From: a virus
Lineage: Duplodnaviria; Caudoviricetes
Length of the DNA: 64,000 nucleotides
Virus record (IMG/VR): IMGVR_UViG_3300020577_007794
Direction: 5' to 3' (one strand)
A program made the translations under genes and the position numbers. Shown here piece after piece: positions 1 through 7,539 of this stretch. How positions within the stretch are numbered: the first letter of the stretch is position 1; the number at the start of each line of letters is the position of its first letter. Under the pieces are notes generated by a model that was given only the letters and a program-made list of their open reading frames with translations, was not told the origin of the DNA and searched no databases.

Positions 1-48
1 CATTTTGTTTACCTTGGGCTTAGTTACCCCGCTAATCAGGCAAGGGTT

Positions 49-78
49 AAAAAAAGGGGACCTTTCGGTCCCCTTCTT
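49..78 (-). terminator. Rho-independent terminator
   Basis: On the minus strand the AAGGGGACC-GAAA-GGTCCCCTT hairpin runs into a T7 tract, directly after the stop of the 82-528 ORF. Confidence 0.85.
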
Positions 79-81
79 GGT

Positions 82-528
82 TTACGGTTGGTACATTGGG
101 TAGTATTTATTTACCCATTCATTTACCTCTTTGTGTGAGGTAAACACGGGAGAAGGTGTTTTTATCAACTTCTCTGCAGGATAAAATCCCTTGCTTGCAT
201 CTGGAATGACGCGTATATCAGCCATCCTTAGTTCCCTCTTCCCAAGGGATATAGATGCGACTAGCTTCCACTCCTTCTTGAATGTGACCCACTCTCCATC
301 AATGTAGTCTAGCTCACCTAAGAAGACAGCATAATCCTCCTCCGCAGATATGTGTCTGCCAGGACAATGTGTGGTCATCCTTTTATAATTGGTTCTACTA
401 CCACACTTCGTGCAGACAGTGTATACCCCGTTTTCTGTCTTCCCAAGTGAATTATGTTTCAACCCTAACGCCGTCAGTTTCTCTTTGATTTCTGAAAGAG
501 ACATAGTGTTTTCTTCGATTTTTCTCAT
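82..528 (-). CDS. hypothetical phage protein with CxxC motif
   Basis: Open frame; ATG at 528 preceded by AAGGAAAAACAA; CTKC...HCPG motif. Confidence 0.6.
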   Translation of the reverse strand: MRKIEENTMSLSEIKEKLTALGLKHNSLGKTENGVYTVCTKCGSRTNYKRMTTHCPGRHISAEEDYAVFLGELDYIDGEWVTFKKEWKLVASISLGKRELRMADIRVIPDASKGFYPAEKLIKTPSPVFTSHKEVNEWVNKYYPMYQP

Positions 529-646
529 TTGTTTTTCCTTGTGTGTTACTTGGTTTCTTCTTCCTTTTCTCTCAGAAAGAATTCCCATAATAGGATGTCA
601 AGAACATCCTTGTTCTCTTCTGTTGGTTGTGGTAATGTTGTTGTGC

Positions 647-1138
647 TCATCTTGTTTGCTCCTCAAGTCGTTTGAGACTTAGCTCAATACCTTTTGCTGG
701 ATTTTCCAACATTGTTTTGTAGATGCAGAGTGTTTTCTTCATTTCTTCCACCTCTTTATCTAGTTTACCTGTAAGTACGGAAGAAAGTTGTTCTGTTCGT
801 TTCTTTTCTTCCAAAGCTGCAAGGTGTGCTTCTGCAAGGGTTATTGCAAAGTCTACCCCGTTTGTAAAGTTTTCTGTGTAAAACCACCAATCAGTGGTTA
901 CCAGTAGGACAGAGAAGGCCCTAAAGTTTTTGTACTTCATAAACAGCTTTAGAAAGACGAAGATAATCCCCTTTCCAATCAAGAAGATTATTGTCCAGTA
1001 CAAGGCGAATTCTCCCATAAGCTTCACCCAGGAAGCTTGCCCAGTAAGTGTGTACCCAAGAGTGGGTGCTGCTATGAAGATCCCAAGTCCCAGAAGGAAT
1101 TGGAGGAATTGAGCGATGTTGTGTGTTTTGTTTTTCAT
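647..1138 (-). CDS. hypothetical membrane protein (2 TM helices plus coiled coil)
   Basis: ATG at 1138 preceded by AAGGAAAAC; two hydrophobic stretches, then a charged helical tail. Confidence 0.65.
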   Translation of the reverse strand: MKNKTHNIAQFLQFLLGLGIFIAAPTLGYTLTGQASWVKLMGEFALYWTIIFLIGKGIIFVFLKLFMKYKNFRAFSVLLVTTDWWFYTENFTNGVDFAITLAEAHLAALEEKKRTEQLSSVLTGKLDKEVEEMKKTLCIYKTMLENPAKGIELSLKRLEEQTR

Positions 1139-1194
1139 TAGTGTGTTTTCCTTGTTTGTTTTCTGTGTAGTGTATGGTCTGTAGTACCCCACCC

Positions 1195-1728
1195 TTAGGC
1201 CACCCTGCCCTTGGTTACTACTACTGTACGTCGTATGCGATGTAGTGTGTATACTACACTACCATCTGTGTTCACAGTGCCTGTGCCTAGTATCTTGGTA
1301 ATCTCCCTTACCTTATCTTCCATGTTGTGTGGTGATACATACACATGTAGTGGTGTATCGTTACCATCAGCATATGTAGTTATGGTACAGTGTGTGTGCT
1401 GTGTATCTGTGGTAGGTGTAGTAGGTACACATGGTGTGTGTGTTGGCTGTGTGTACACATAGATGATCTGCAATCCAAATCTCTTATCATTCAATACATC
1501 TACTGTGTGTGTAGTGTACTGTATGGTAGTAGTGTGGTATATGTCTTGATTCATCTCACTCTTCTTCAACATGTCTGCTGCTGTGGCTGTCATGTACTGT
1601 GTGGACAGATGCTTGTTGCCTGTCTTATCACATGATATCACTATTCTTGCTACAGTAACATCATTATTCATAGATGTCATGTCAATAAGTGTAGTGATGT
1701 CAATGTTGTTCTTAATTGTGTTTTTCAT
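1195..1728 (-). CDS. hypothetical Thr/His-rich protein in compositionally skewed DNA
   Basis: Open frame with an AAGGT RBS like its neighbours; the composition reflects CA-rich minus-strand DNA. Confidence 0.45.
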   Translation of the reverse strand: MKNTIKNNIDITTLIDMTSMNNDVTVARIVISCDKTGNKHLSTQYMTATAADMLKKSEMNQDIYHTTTIQYTTHTVDVLNDKRFGLQIIYVYTQPTHTPCVPTTPTTDTQHTHCTITTYADGNDTPLHVYVSPHNMEDKVREITKILGTGTVNTDGSVVYTLHRIRRTVVVTKGRVA

Positions 1729-1845
1729 TTGTGTTACCTTTGGGGCTTTCTTACCCCGCAAAAAGGACCGGGGTCCAGATTTTAGACCTACCCCCTACTT
1801 ATATCTTGATTACATCTGAAATTTGTCTTTGTTTCCTACATTGGA

Positions 1846-1883
1846 TTCTAATACGTTTGTGTTTCTAATTCGTTTGTGTTTCT
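1846..1883. repeat. 17-bp imperfect tandem repeat (TTCTAATWCGTTTGTGT x2)
   Basis: Read directly from the sequence. Confidence 0.8.
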
Positions 1884-2009
1884 TGCAGTGGGTGATTTTT
1901 TTCCTATAGAAAAGACCGGGGGTATAATTCCACATTTCCCTTTTACTATACTTTGGTTTTTTGAAAAAAGTACAAAAAGATTTTTCACCACCTATAAAGG
2001 GGCTTGTTC

Positions 2010-2109
2010 CATTGGCTGAAAGACAATAGATGAAAACATTGGCTGAAAGACAATAGATGAAAACATTGGCTGAAAGACAATAGATGAAAACATTGGCTGA
2101 AAGACAATA
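2010..2109. repeat. 27-bp perfect tandem repeat, 3.7 copies (CATTGGCTGAAAGACAATAGATGAAAA)
   Basis: Copies start at 2010, 2037 and 2064, with a 19-bp partial copy at 2091. Confidence 0.97.
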
Positions 2110-2117
2110 CTTATAGT

Positions 2118-2522
2118 ATGGACCAAGAATTAGGTAAAGGATATAGCTTTGATCTTAGTGGTGATCTAGAAGTAGACACTGTTACGGTTGATGTAGATTT
2201 ACCAAAAGATGTTGAGACGGCATTGAATGAGTTTTTCAACATGCTTTCTTCCAAACTCGAGGTGTATATGAAATTGCCAACCGAATTAGGAATATACACA
2301 AGTAATAAACTCTTTGTTATTGTTGATACACAGAGTTATATGAGTCTGGATTCTGTAGAAAGAGAAGACTACTGCATAAATGCGGTTGATAGTATTCTTT
2401 CATATTTAAAAGAAACAGGGGGAGTTATTCATAAGTTGGTGGCTGAGGAGGCTGTACATGATTATAAGTATGATTCTTACCTTGCAAAATTTGCTGTGTA
2501 TGTACTTGTTATTAAGGAGTAG
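2118..2522 (+). CDS. hypothetical protein
   Basis: 134-aa ORF, first of the rightward block. Confidence 0.65.
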   Translation: MDQELGKGYSFDLSGDLEVDTVTVDVDLPKDVETALNEFFNMLSSKLEVYMKLPTELGIYTSNKLFVIVDTQSYMSLDSVEREDYCINAVDSILSYLKETGGVIHKLVAEEAVHDYKYDSYLAKFAVYVLVIKE

Positions 2523-2528
2523 GCTCTA

Positions 2529-2960
2529 ATGGATTTGAGTGGTATATTTTTACAGCACTTCTTAAGGGGATTGGAAGGGAAGGGGATCTGTCTTGAGGTT
2601 CCCGACGTTATTTTAGATGAAGAATACGTTTCTGGTGGCTGCAGACCTGATTGGATTAACATTATTTTGGACGATGCGATTGAATTTGTGGACAAAAACC
2701 CGATTTACAACAAAAATGGGCTCCTAAAACCTGTTTTAATAGTAATTTCTTCGTCTACTTTGTCTAGATACAAGTTTCGGGCAGCTATTTTAAGAAAAAA
2801 AGCTTCAAATAAAGTGGAAGTGGTGTCAAAAATGGCGGATGCGTTCTCTTACGACCCCTGTTTGCTTGTGTTTTTTGGGGAAAATCCCTCTTTTACAGCA
2901 AATTGTGCCACTTTAGCTATTAAAATCGTGAAACAAGACCTAGGTACAAGCCATTCTTGA
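2529..2960 (+). CDS. hypothetical protein
   Basis: 143-aa ORF, 6 nt after the previous stop. Confidence 0.6.
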   Translation: MDLSGIFLQHFLRGLEGKGICLEVPDVILDEEYVSGGCRPDWINIILDDAIEFVDKNPIYNKNGLLKPVLIVISSSTLSRYKFRAAILRKKASNKVEVVSKMADAFSYDPCLLVFFGENPSFTANCATLAIKIVKQDLGTSHS

Positions 2961-3047
2961 GGTATTATACGTTTTGACCTCTCTAAAAAAAATTTGCTTT
3001 TACAAGCAGACGCTCCCTGGGGGTCGGAGTTAAGGAAAATGACAAAT

Positions 3048-3875
3048 ATGTACAATCAAAAGTTCGTTGCAACTATCGTGGTTAACGGCCACATTGTTCC
3101 AGAGAGAGAAGACGGGGTAGTTTTCCTCGATGCTGGCACAGAATATAAGATCAGGCTTAGAAATAAGAATGATAGAAGAGCTGTTGCCTCCATTTCTATT
3201 GATGGAGAGAATGTAACAGATGGTGGTGTTGTTATTAATGCTGATTCTGTTGTAGAAATTGAGAGAAGTGTGCAGAAAGCTTTCAAATTTAAGTTTGTTG
3301 CACTAGACAGTGAAGCTGCCCAGGATTTTGGAAAGGACCAGGCTAATAAGTCTGGTGCAATGGGTGTTATTGCTGTAGAATTCAGACTTGAAAAGCAAAG
3401 AAATATTGTTGAATCTGCCAAAAACTACAGAGGTATTGGCAGCACTTCCACTACTTTGCAGGATATTTTAAGCAAAGATCTACACAATCCAAAGATTTGT
3501 GGGCCATTGAATGGAGCCTTAGGGTCACCTAGGAGAATCACTACTGGACCTATTAGCGGAATGTCAATGGCAGCTTCCGCAGGTGCCCAGTGCATGAATA
3601 CATCCTATAGCAATGTTTCCTTGGGCTGCGGAAGTCAATCCTCTTCTGCCCCGAAATCGGATCTATCTGATTTAGGCTGCACAGTAGAAGGAGAGTATTC
3701 TTCACAAAAATTCAAAGAAACTTACTTAGACGTGGAACCAGTTGGGTACACCGTGCATCTAACATTAAGACAGAAGGATAATTCTAAGGAATTAGAAATA
3801 CGAAAGCAGATCGAACAATTGGAAAAGGAAACTAGAGAAAAGATTAATGAATTGAAGAAGCAGTTGTCTAGGTAG
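3048..3875 (+). CDS. hypothetical protein (beta-rich N-terminal domain, low-complexity linker, C-terminal coiled coil)
   Basis: Long ORF; TAAGGA RBS (alternative ATG at 3039); EYKIRLRN...ISIDG beta-strand pattern. Confidence 0.75.
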   Translation: MYNQKFVATIVVNGHIVPEREDGVVFLDAGTEYKIRLRNKNDRRAVASISIDGENVTDGGVVINADSVVEIERSVQKAFKFKFVALDSEAAQDFGKDQANKSGAMGVIAVEFRLEKQRNIVESAKNYRGIGSTSTTLQDILSKDLHNPKICGPLNGALGSPRRITTGPISGMSMAASAGAQCMNTSYSNVSLGCGSQSSSAPKSDLSDLGCTVEGEYSSQKFKETYLDVEPVGYTVHLTLRQKDNSKELEIRKQIEQLEKETREKINELKKQLSR

Positions 3876-3931
3876 AATATTCTAGACTTTGTTAAGCGTG
3901 TTTTCTAACGAAAGCTCTATTAGGATACAGT

Positions 3932-4024
3932 ATGTTAAATCTAACTGGAATTAAGGCTGGAATCACCAATAATCCGTTTACCGGGTTTATTGGTGGCCCT
4001 GCCACACCAACAGGTGGGTCTTAA
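3932..4024 (+). CDS. 30-aa peptide MLNLTGIKAGITNNPFTGFIGGPATPTGGS
   Basis: Lies between a CTCTATT motif with AGGA and a downstream terminator; below the ORF-track size cutoff. Confidence 0.45.
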   Translation: MLNLTGIKAGITNNPFTGFIGGPATPTGGS

Positions 4025-4361
4025 GTACCAGGAGTTTTCTTTCATTTTGTTTTCCGCAAGAACCCTGGTCAAAAGCCGGGGTTTTTTTTGTTCTAAATCC
4101 TGCGCAACATCTTTAAATAATAGGAGGTACAAGACAGGGGAAAGTCATCCTAATTTTGCCGATATGGAGTATAGAACAAAAGCATTGACTTTTTATAAGC
4201 CAAAATGCGAAATCTGTGGATACTCTACAATTGAATGCCTCCAGATTCAACATATTAATGGAAACAGAAAAGATAATAGACTAGAAAATCTAGTAGTACT
4301 TTGCCCTACCCACCATGTTGAGGTACATAAAGGTATAATTAAAGTTAGAGAAAATATATAA
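3990..4361 (+). pseudogene. HNH endonuclease, probably N-terminally decayed
   Basis: FCSKSC, CEICG, QHINGNRKDNRLENLVVLCPTHH; no good start codon, and a terminator overlaps its 5' part. Confidence 0.7.
4061..4090 (+). terminator. Rho-independent terminator
   Basis: ACCCTGGT-CAAAA-GCCGGGGT hairpin followed by a T tract. Confidence 0.6.
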
Positions 4362-4370
4362 TCGGTTTAT

Positions 4371-4448
4371 CTGGGTATAGTGTAGTTTGTTTACCACGCC
4401 TACTTTGGGAGTAGGAGATCGGGGGTTGGAATCCCTCTACCCAGACCA
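4371..4448 (+). tRNA. tRNA-Pro(TGG)
   Basis: CTGGGTA/TACCCAG acceptor stem, CCTAC-TTTGGGA-GTAGG anticodon arm, encoded CCA. Confidence 0.92.
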
Positions 4449-4463
4449 ATTTAATAAGATAGC

Positions 4464-4539
4464 GGGGCGATAGTTCAGTTGGTAGAACATTTCACTGAAA
4501 ATGAAGAGGTCCCTGGTTCGATCCCAGGTTGCCCCACCA
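4464..4539 (+). tRNA. tRNA-Phe(GAA)
   Basis: GGGGCGA/TTGCCCC acceptor stem, CTGAAAA loop, TTCGA T-loop, CCA. Confidence 0.95.
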
Positions 4540-4543
4540 AAAT

Positions 4544-4631
4544 GCGGGGTTTGCTTTAGAGGCCGAAAAGTCCGGGCTGTTAACCCGGTGGAGAAATCCC
4601 ATCGCAGGTTCGAATCCTGCACCCCGCTCCA
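4544..4631 (+). tRNA. tRNA-Asn(GTT) with long variable arm
   Basis: GCGGGGT/ACCCCGC acceptor stem, CCGGG-CTGTTAA-CCCGG anticodon arm, 15-nt variable region, CCA. Confidence 0.9.
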
Positions 4632-4636
4632 ATAAT

Positions 4637-4711
4637 ACCAGGCTAGCTCAACGGTAGAGCATGTGCTTGATAAGCGCAGGGTTTGAAGTTCGATTCTTCA
4701 GCCTGGTACCA
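4637..4711 (+). tRNA. tRNA-Ile(GAT)
   Basis: ACCAGGC/GCCTGGT acceptor stem, TTGATAA loop, CCA. Confidence 0.93.
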
Positions 4712-4722
4712 ATATTTAATAT

Positions 4723-5508
4723 GTGGTCTTTAAGTTCTACATTCAATCTTCTATAAATATAGAAGCTCATGATCAAATTTTTGAGGCATGTGAAGAATTA
4801 GGTTTTGATTTTGAATCTGTGCCTATTATTCCATTCAGTGATAAGCTGCCTGATGACATAGATTTTTCTAAACCAGGAATGCCATATGGATCAACTACAT
4901 TTGTAAGATTGTCAGGCGAACATCCCAGTCTTCAAAAGTACACTTATCAATCTAAAGAGAAACTAAATCCACAGACTTACTTTGAAAAACTCGGAGAGCT
5001 GTATCTTAATGAACCTATATATGTAGGCTCAATAAGAGACATACCTGATTTCGATGAAGTTTTTATGAAATGTAACTCTGATGGAAAGGATATTACTGGT
5101 CGGGTGTACACGTTAAGTGAAATTCAGGAACTTAGAAGAATCACGACAACTCATTATGAAGCTGGAAACATAGTGTCACCTGATTTAGAGGTCTTCTGTT
5201 CTACTACAAAAGATTTAGCTTTCGAAACGAGAAACATTTTTATTGGTGGTGAGTGGGTAGATGGTTCTTATTATAGAAAGAAAGGAAGAACATGTCGAGA
5301 TAGAATGACTTCCGAGGATCAGGATATCATTGATTTTGCGAAGAAATGCATATCAACGTATGAACCTTTTGATATGAATGTAGTGGACATAGGTCTTTCT
5401 TATGATGGGCTAAAATGTATTGAGTATAATTGTTTTAATGCTAGTGGGTGGTATGCTTGTGATCACAAGTTAATAATTCAGAAAGCAAAAGAGTGGTGTT
5501 TAAAGTAA
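4723..5508 (+). CDS. ATP-grasp domain protein (DUF4343/R2K-like)
   Basis: PYGS, VFMK, ETRNIF..GEWVDGSYY and VVDIG....KCIEYNCFNASGWY motifs. Confidence 0.85.
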   Translation: MVFKFYIQSSINIEAHDQIFEACEELGFDFESVPIIPFSDKLPDDIDFSKPGMPYGSTTFVRLSGEHPSLQKYTYQSKEKLNPQTYFEKLGELYLNEPIYVGSIRDIPDFDEVFMKCNSDGKDITGRVYTLSEIQELRRITTTHYEAGNIVSPDLEVFCSTTKDLAFETRNIFIGGEWVDGSYYRKKGRTCRDRMTSEDQDIIDFAKKCISTYEPFDMNVVDIGLSYDGLKCIEYNCFNASGWYACDHKLIIQKAKEWCLK

Positions 5509-5756
5509 TGCATTATTGGTATTTAGCTTATAACCCGAAAACTAATATGGGTTGTTACATTCAAGTCGTTGGTTCTTCAGGAGAGTCATTATTGTCAGAA
5601 GATAGGGAGTTAATTAGAGCTTTCCTTAGAAAAAACGCTGGTTACGTCTTAGATTTTTCTTGTGAAGATGAACTTCTTGATAAATTACATGATAATCATG
5701 GTATTATTTTGAATAAACTACCACAAAGTCTAAAAGAAAAATACATTAATGAGTGA
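5508..5756 (+). CDS. hypothetical protein
   Basis: ATG overlaps the previous TAA (TAATG coupling). Confidence 0.6.
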   Translation: MHYWYLAYNPKTNMGCYIQVVGSSGESLLSEDRELIRAFLRKNAGYVLDFSCEDELLDKLHDNHGIILNKLPQSLKEKYINE

Positions 5757-6144
5757 CGAAGAATTAAAGGCCACATTTGAAAGTGGAAATTACAAAATAA
5801 TTGTACACAAAATTACTGAGGAAATGGCAGCACTACTTGACAATGCTGTAGGGGAACCTCTGATATTTGTGAATGGAAAACTTATGAAGGAAAAAGACAT
5901 AAAAGAAAATTTTTTAACAGTAATTACATATTATCACCCAGATGATAAAGAATTTATGGGAGATTATCATTCTATCGAAATTCTTGATAGTACTGGAGTT
6001 GTGGTAATGAATTATGGTGATCACTACCATGATAAAGGTAGTGAAAGAGCACAAGGATTTATTGAAGGAATCCTCTGGGTCTATCCGCAATACAGAGACA
6101 GAATAGGGTACATTCAAAAGAATTTGGAGGAAGATAGTGGTTAA
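5749..6144 (+). CDS. hypothetical protein
   Basis: 131-aa ORF overlapping its neighbours. Confidence 0.65.
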   Translation: MSDEELKATFESGNYKIIVHKITEEMAALLDNAVGEPLIFVNGKLMKEKDIKENFLTVITYYHPDDKEFMGDYHSIEILDSTGVVVMNYGDHYHDKGSERAQGFIEGILWVYPQYRDRIGYIQKNLEEDSG

Positions 6145-6493
6145 GATTTTAAAGTTTGATGAAAAAGATTGTTTAAATTTCAGATTTGGTGTGGAACTAA
6201 TATCCCCCGTTTCTGAATTACAGATTGAAGAAGCGGAATATAAGGTTCCTAATTATATGGGAGCTAAACATGTTGGGTATACTACTGCAAAAATTACCTG
6301 CCAGGGTCATGCAGTTCTCGATATCCCTTATGAGAAGTTGATTGAAAAGAATGTTGACTGGGAAAGAGAAGTAACAGCCAATTTCTCTTCAAAAACCAAA
6401 CCTGGTCTAGTGTTGAATAACTTTAGCATTACGCAATTCAAGAAGAATAACGATAAAACTATTGTAAGTTTTTATTGTGCGCCTTCTAAGTAA
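6137..6493 (+). CDS. hypothetical beta-rich protein
   Basis: GGAGG RBS plus GTG start; 118 aa. Confidence 0.65.
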   Translation: MVKILKFDEKDCLNFRFGVELISPVSELQIEEAEYKVPNYMGAKHVGYTTAKITCQGHAVLDIPYEKLIEKNVDWEREVTANFSSKTKPGLVLNNFSITQFKKNNDKTIVSFYCAPSK

Positions 6494-6600
6494 TAGTTTG
6501 CCCTAATTGTGACGCTCAGTTACCTACGTATAAAGCTAAAAACCTAGGTAATGGTAGGGCGTTTAGGCGACAAAGATACGCAGAAGGGAAATCTTTCTAA
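6490..6600 (+). pseudogene. C-terminal remnant of an HNH endonuclease
   Basis: Start-less frame VIVCPNCDAQLPTYKAKNLGNGRAFRRQRYAEGKSF*, resembling the CPNC-x-x-Q tail of phage HNH proteins. Confidence 0.7.
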
Positions 6601-6603
6601 TTT

Positions 6604-6679
6604 GCCCCGGAAGTTCATGAGATTGAACGTCGCACTTGTAATGCGAATGCAGCAGGTTTGAATCCTGTCCGGGGCTCCA
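6604..6679 (+). tRNA. tRNA-Thr(TGT)
   Basis: GCCCCGG/CCGGGGC acceptor stem, TCGCA-CTTGTAA-TGCGA anticodon arm, CCA. Confidence 0.92.
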
Positions 6680-6698
6680 TTTTAACTAGTGAAATAAC

Positions 6699-6777
6699 GG
6701 GCTGTGGGACTGCTAGCGGTGGTCACTTCATTTGCACTGAAGAAGTCAGCAGGGTTGGAATCCCTGACGGTCCACCA
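6699..6777 (+). tRNA. tRNA-Ala(TGC)
   Basis: GGGCTGT/ACGGTCC acceptor stem with G3:U70, CTTCA-TTTGCAC-TGAAG anticodon arm, CCA. Confidence 0.9.
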
Positions 6778-6788
6778 ATATTATTAGT

Positions 6789-6948
6789 ATGAGTTACGGA
6801 GTTGGAGGGGGACCTACAGGGCCGGAACCAGATAGTGTTCCCCCAGATTCACCTATAGAATGTCATTATTCTTATTGCGAGTATTGTAAATCGAAACAAA
6901 AAAAGTAAAGAGATTAAATGCCCTAATTGCGGTGCCCCTTTAAAATGA
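6789..6948 (+). pseudogene. small zinc-ribbon protein split by a frameshift in an A7 tract
   Basis: CEYC lies in one frame and CPNCGAPL in another; deleting one A from 6898-6904 joins them. Confidence 0.6.
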
Positions 6949-7097
6949 AAGGAAGAATATCTAAAGAATTCCAGGAAATACTACACAATCCTGAAACTAG
7001 GAAGAAACTAAGGGAGATTGTGGATGGTGTCCTGAAGAGTGGGACTATTACCCTCCCGAATGGGAAAGTGGTTAAAATTAGGAGATGGGGGCAATAG
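6945..7097 (+). CDS. 50-aa hypothetical protein
   Basis: ATGA overlap with the previous stop; MKGRISKEFQEILHNPETRKKLREIVDG... Confidence 0.55.
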   Translation: MKGRISKEFQEILHNPETRKKLREIVDGVLKSGTITLPNGKVVKIRRWGQ

Positions 7098-7104
7098 TAT
7101 TAAT

Positions 7105-7530
7105 ATGGATTATTGTGCCATCGGTTCGACCAGTCTTAGAAACGTAAGTACTGTTGCGGGTTACGATCTAGATCTAACCAGTTTTAAAGACGTAAGTATT
7201 ATCGTGTACTGTGATAAACTTATTGGAGATGTTGAGTGTGCGACGTGGACAAGAAGCGTCGAAGTCTACCCGATTCCAGGTGAAGAGGATTGCGGTGTAC
7301 GAGTAGATATGGATTCCCTACTTATTGTTGGTTCTATGGTTATTAAACCTAAAACAGGGTGTCTAGTGTCTGGGGATTCGGTTAAGGAACTTAATCTCTT
7401 CGGTAGGAGCTCAAAAGGTGTAGGTGAGTATAAATTCAAAAATGTAAAGATATACGGCACCTCTTGGAACCCCAAAACTAAAGAAATGGGTATAAGCTTC
7501 TCTTGTGATTCAATTAAAGAACCACACTAA
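7105..7530 (+). CDS. tail-tube-like paralog outside the structural module
   Basis: Shares K(L)IGDVECATWTRSVE / KVGNLESVTWTVSTE and an identical LIVGSMV with the 34874-35671 tube protein. Confidence 0.7.
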   Translation: MDYCAIGSTSLRNVSTVAGYDLDLTSFKDVSIIVYCDKLIGDVECATWTRSVEVYPIPGEEDCGVRVDMDSLLIVGSMVIKPKTGCLVSGDSVKELNLFGRSSKGVGEYKFKNVKIYGTSWNPKTKEMGISFSCDSIKEPH

Positions 7531-7539
7531 TTATGAATT

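Noticed and set aside
593-609. Sigma70 promoter from TTGACA on the minus strand inside a GGATGT/ACATCC inverted repeat
   Set aside because: No acceptable -10 box at 16-18 nt spacing
2010-2109. Possible CRISPR mini-array
   Set aside because: The repeats are contiguous and identical, with no unique spacers
4437-4622. 61-aa minus-strand ORF
   Set aside because: Antisense shadow of the tRNA genes
7039-7104. ORF-track N-terminal extension of the tube paralog
   Set aside because: Overlaps the 6945-7097 ORF; the ATG at 7105 is the more plausible start
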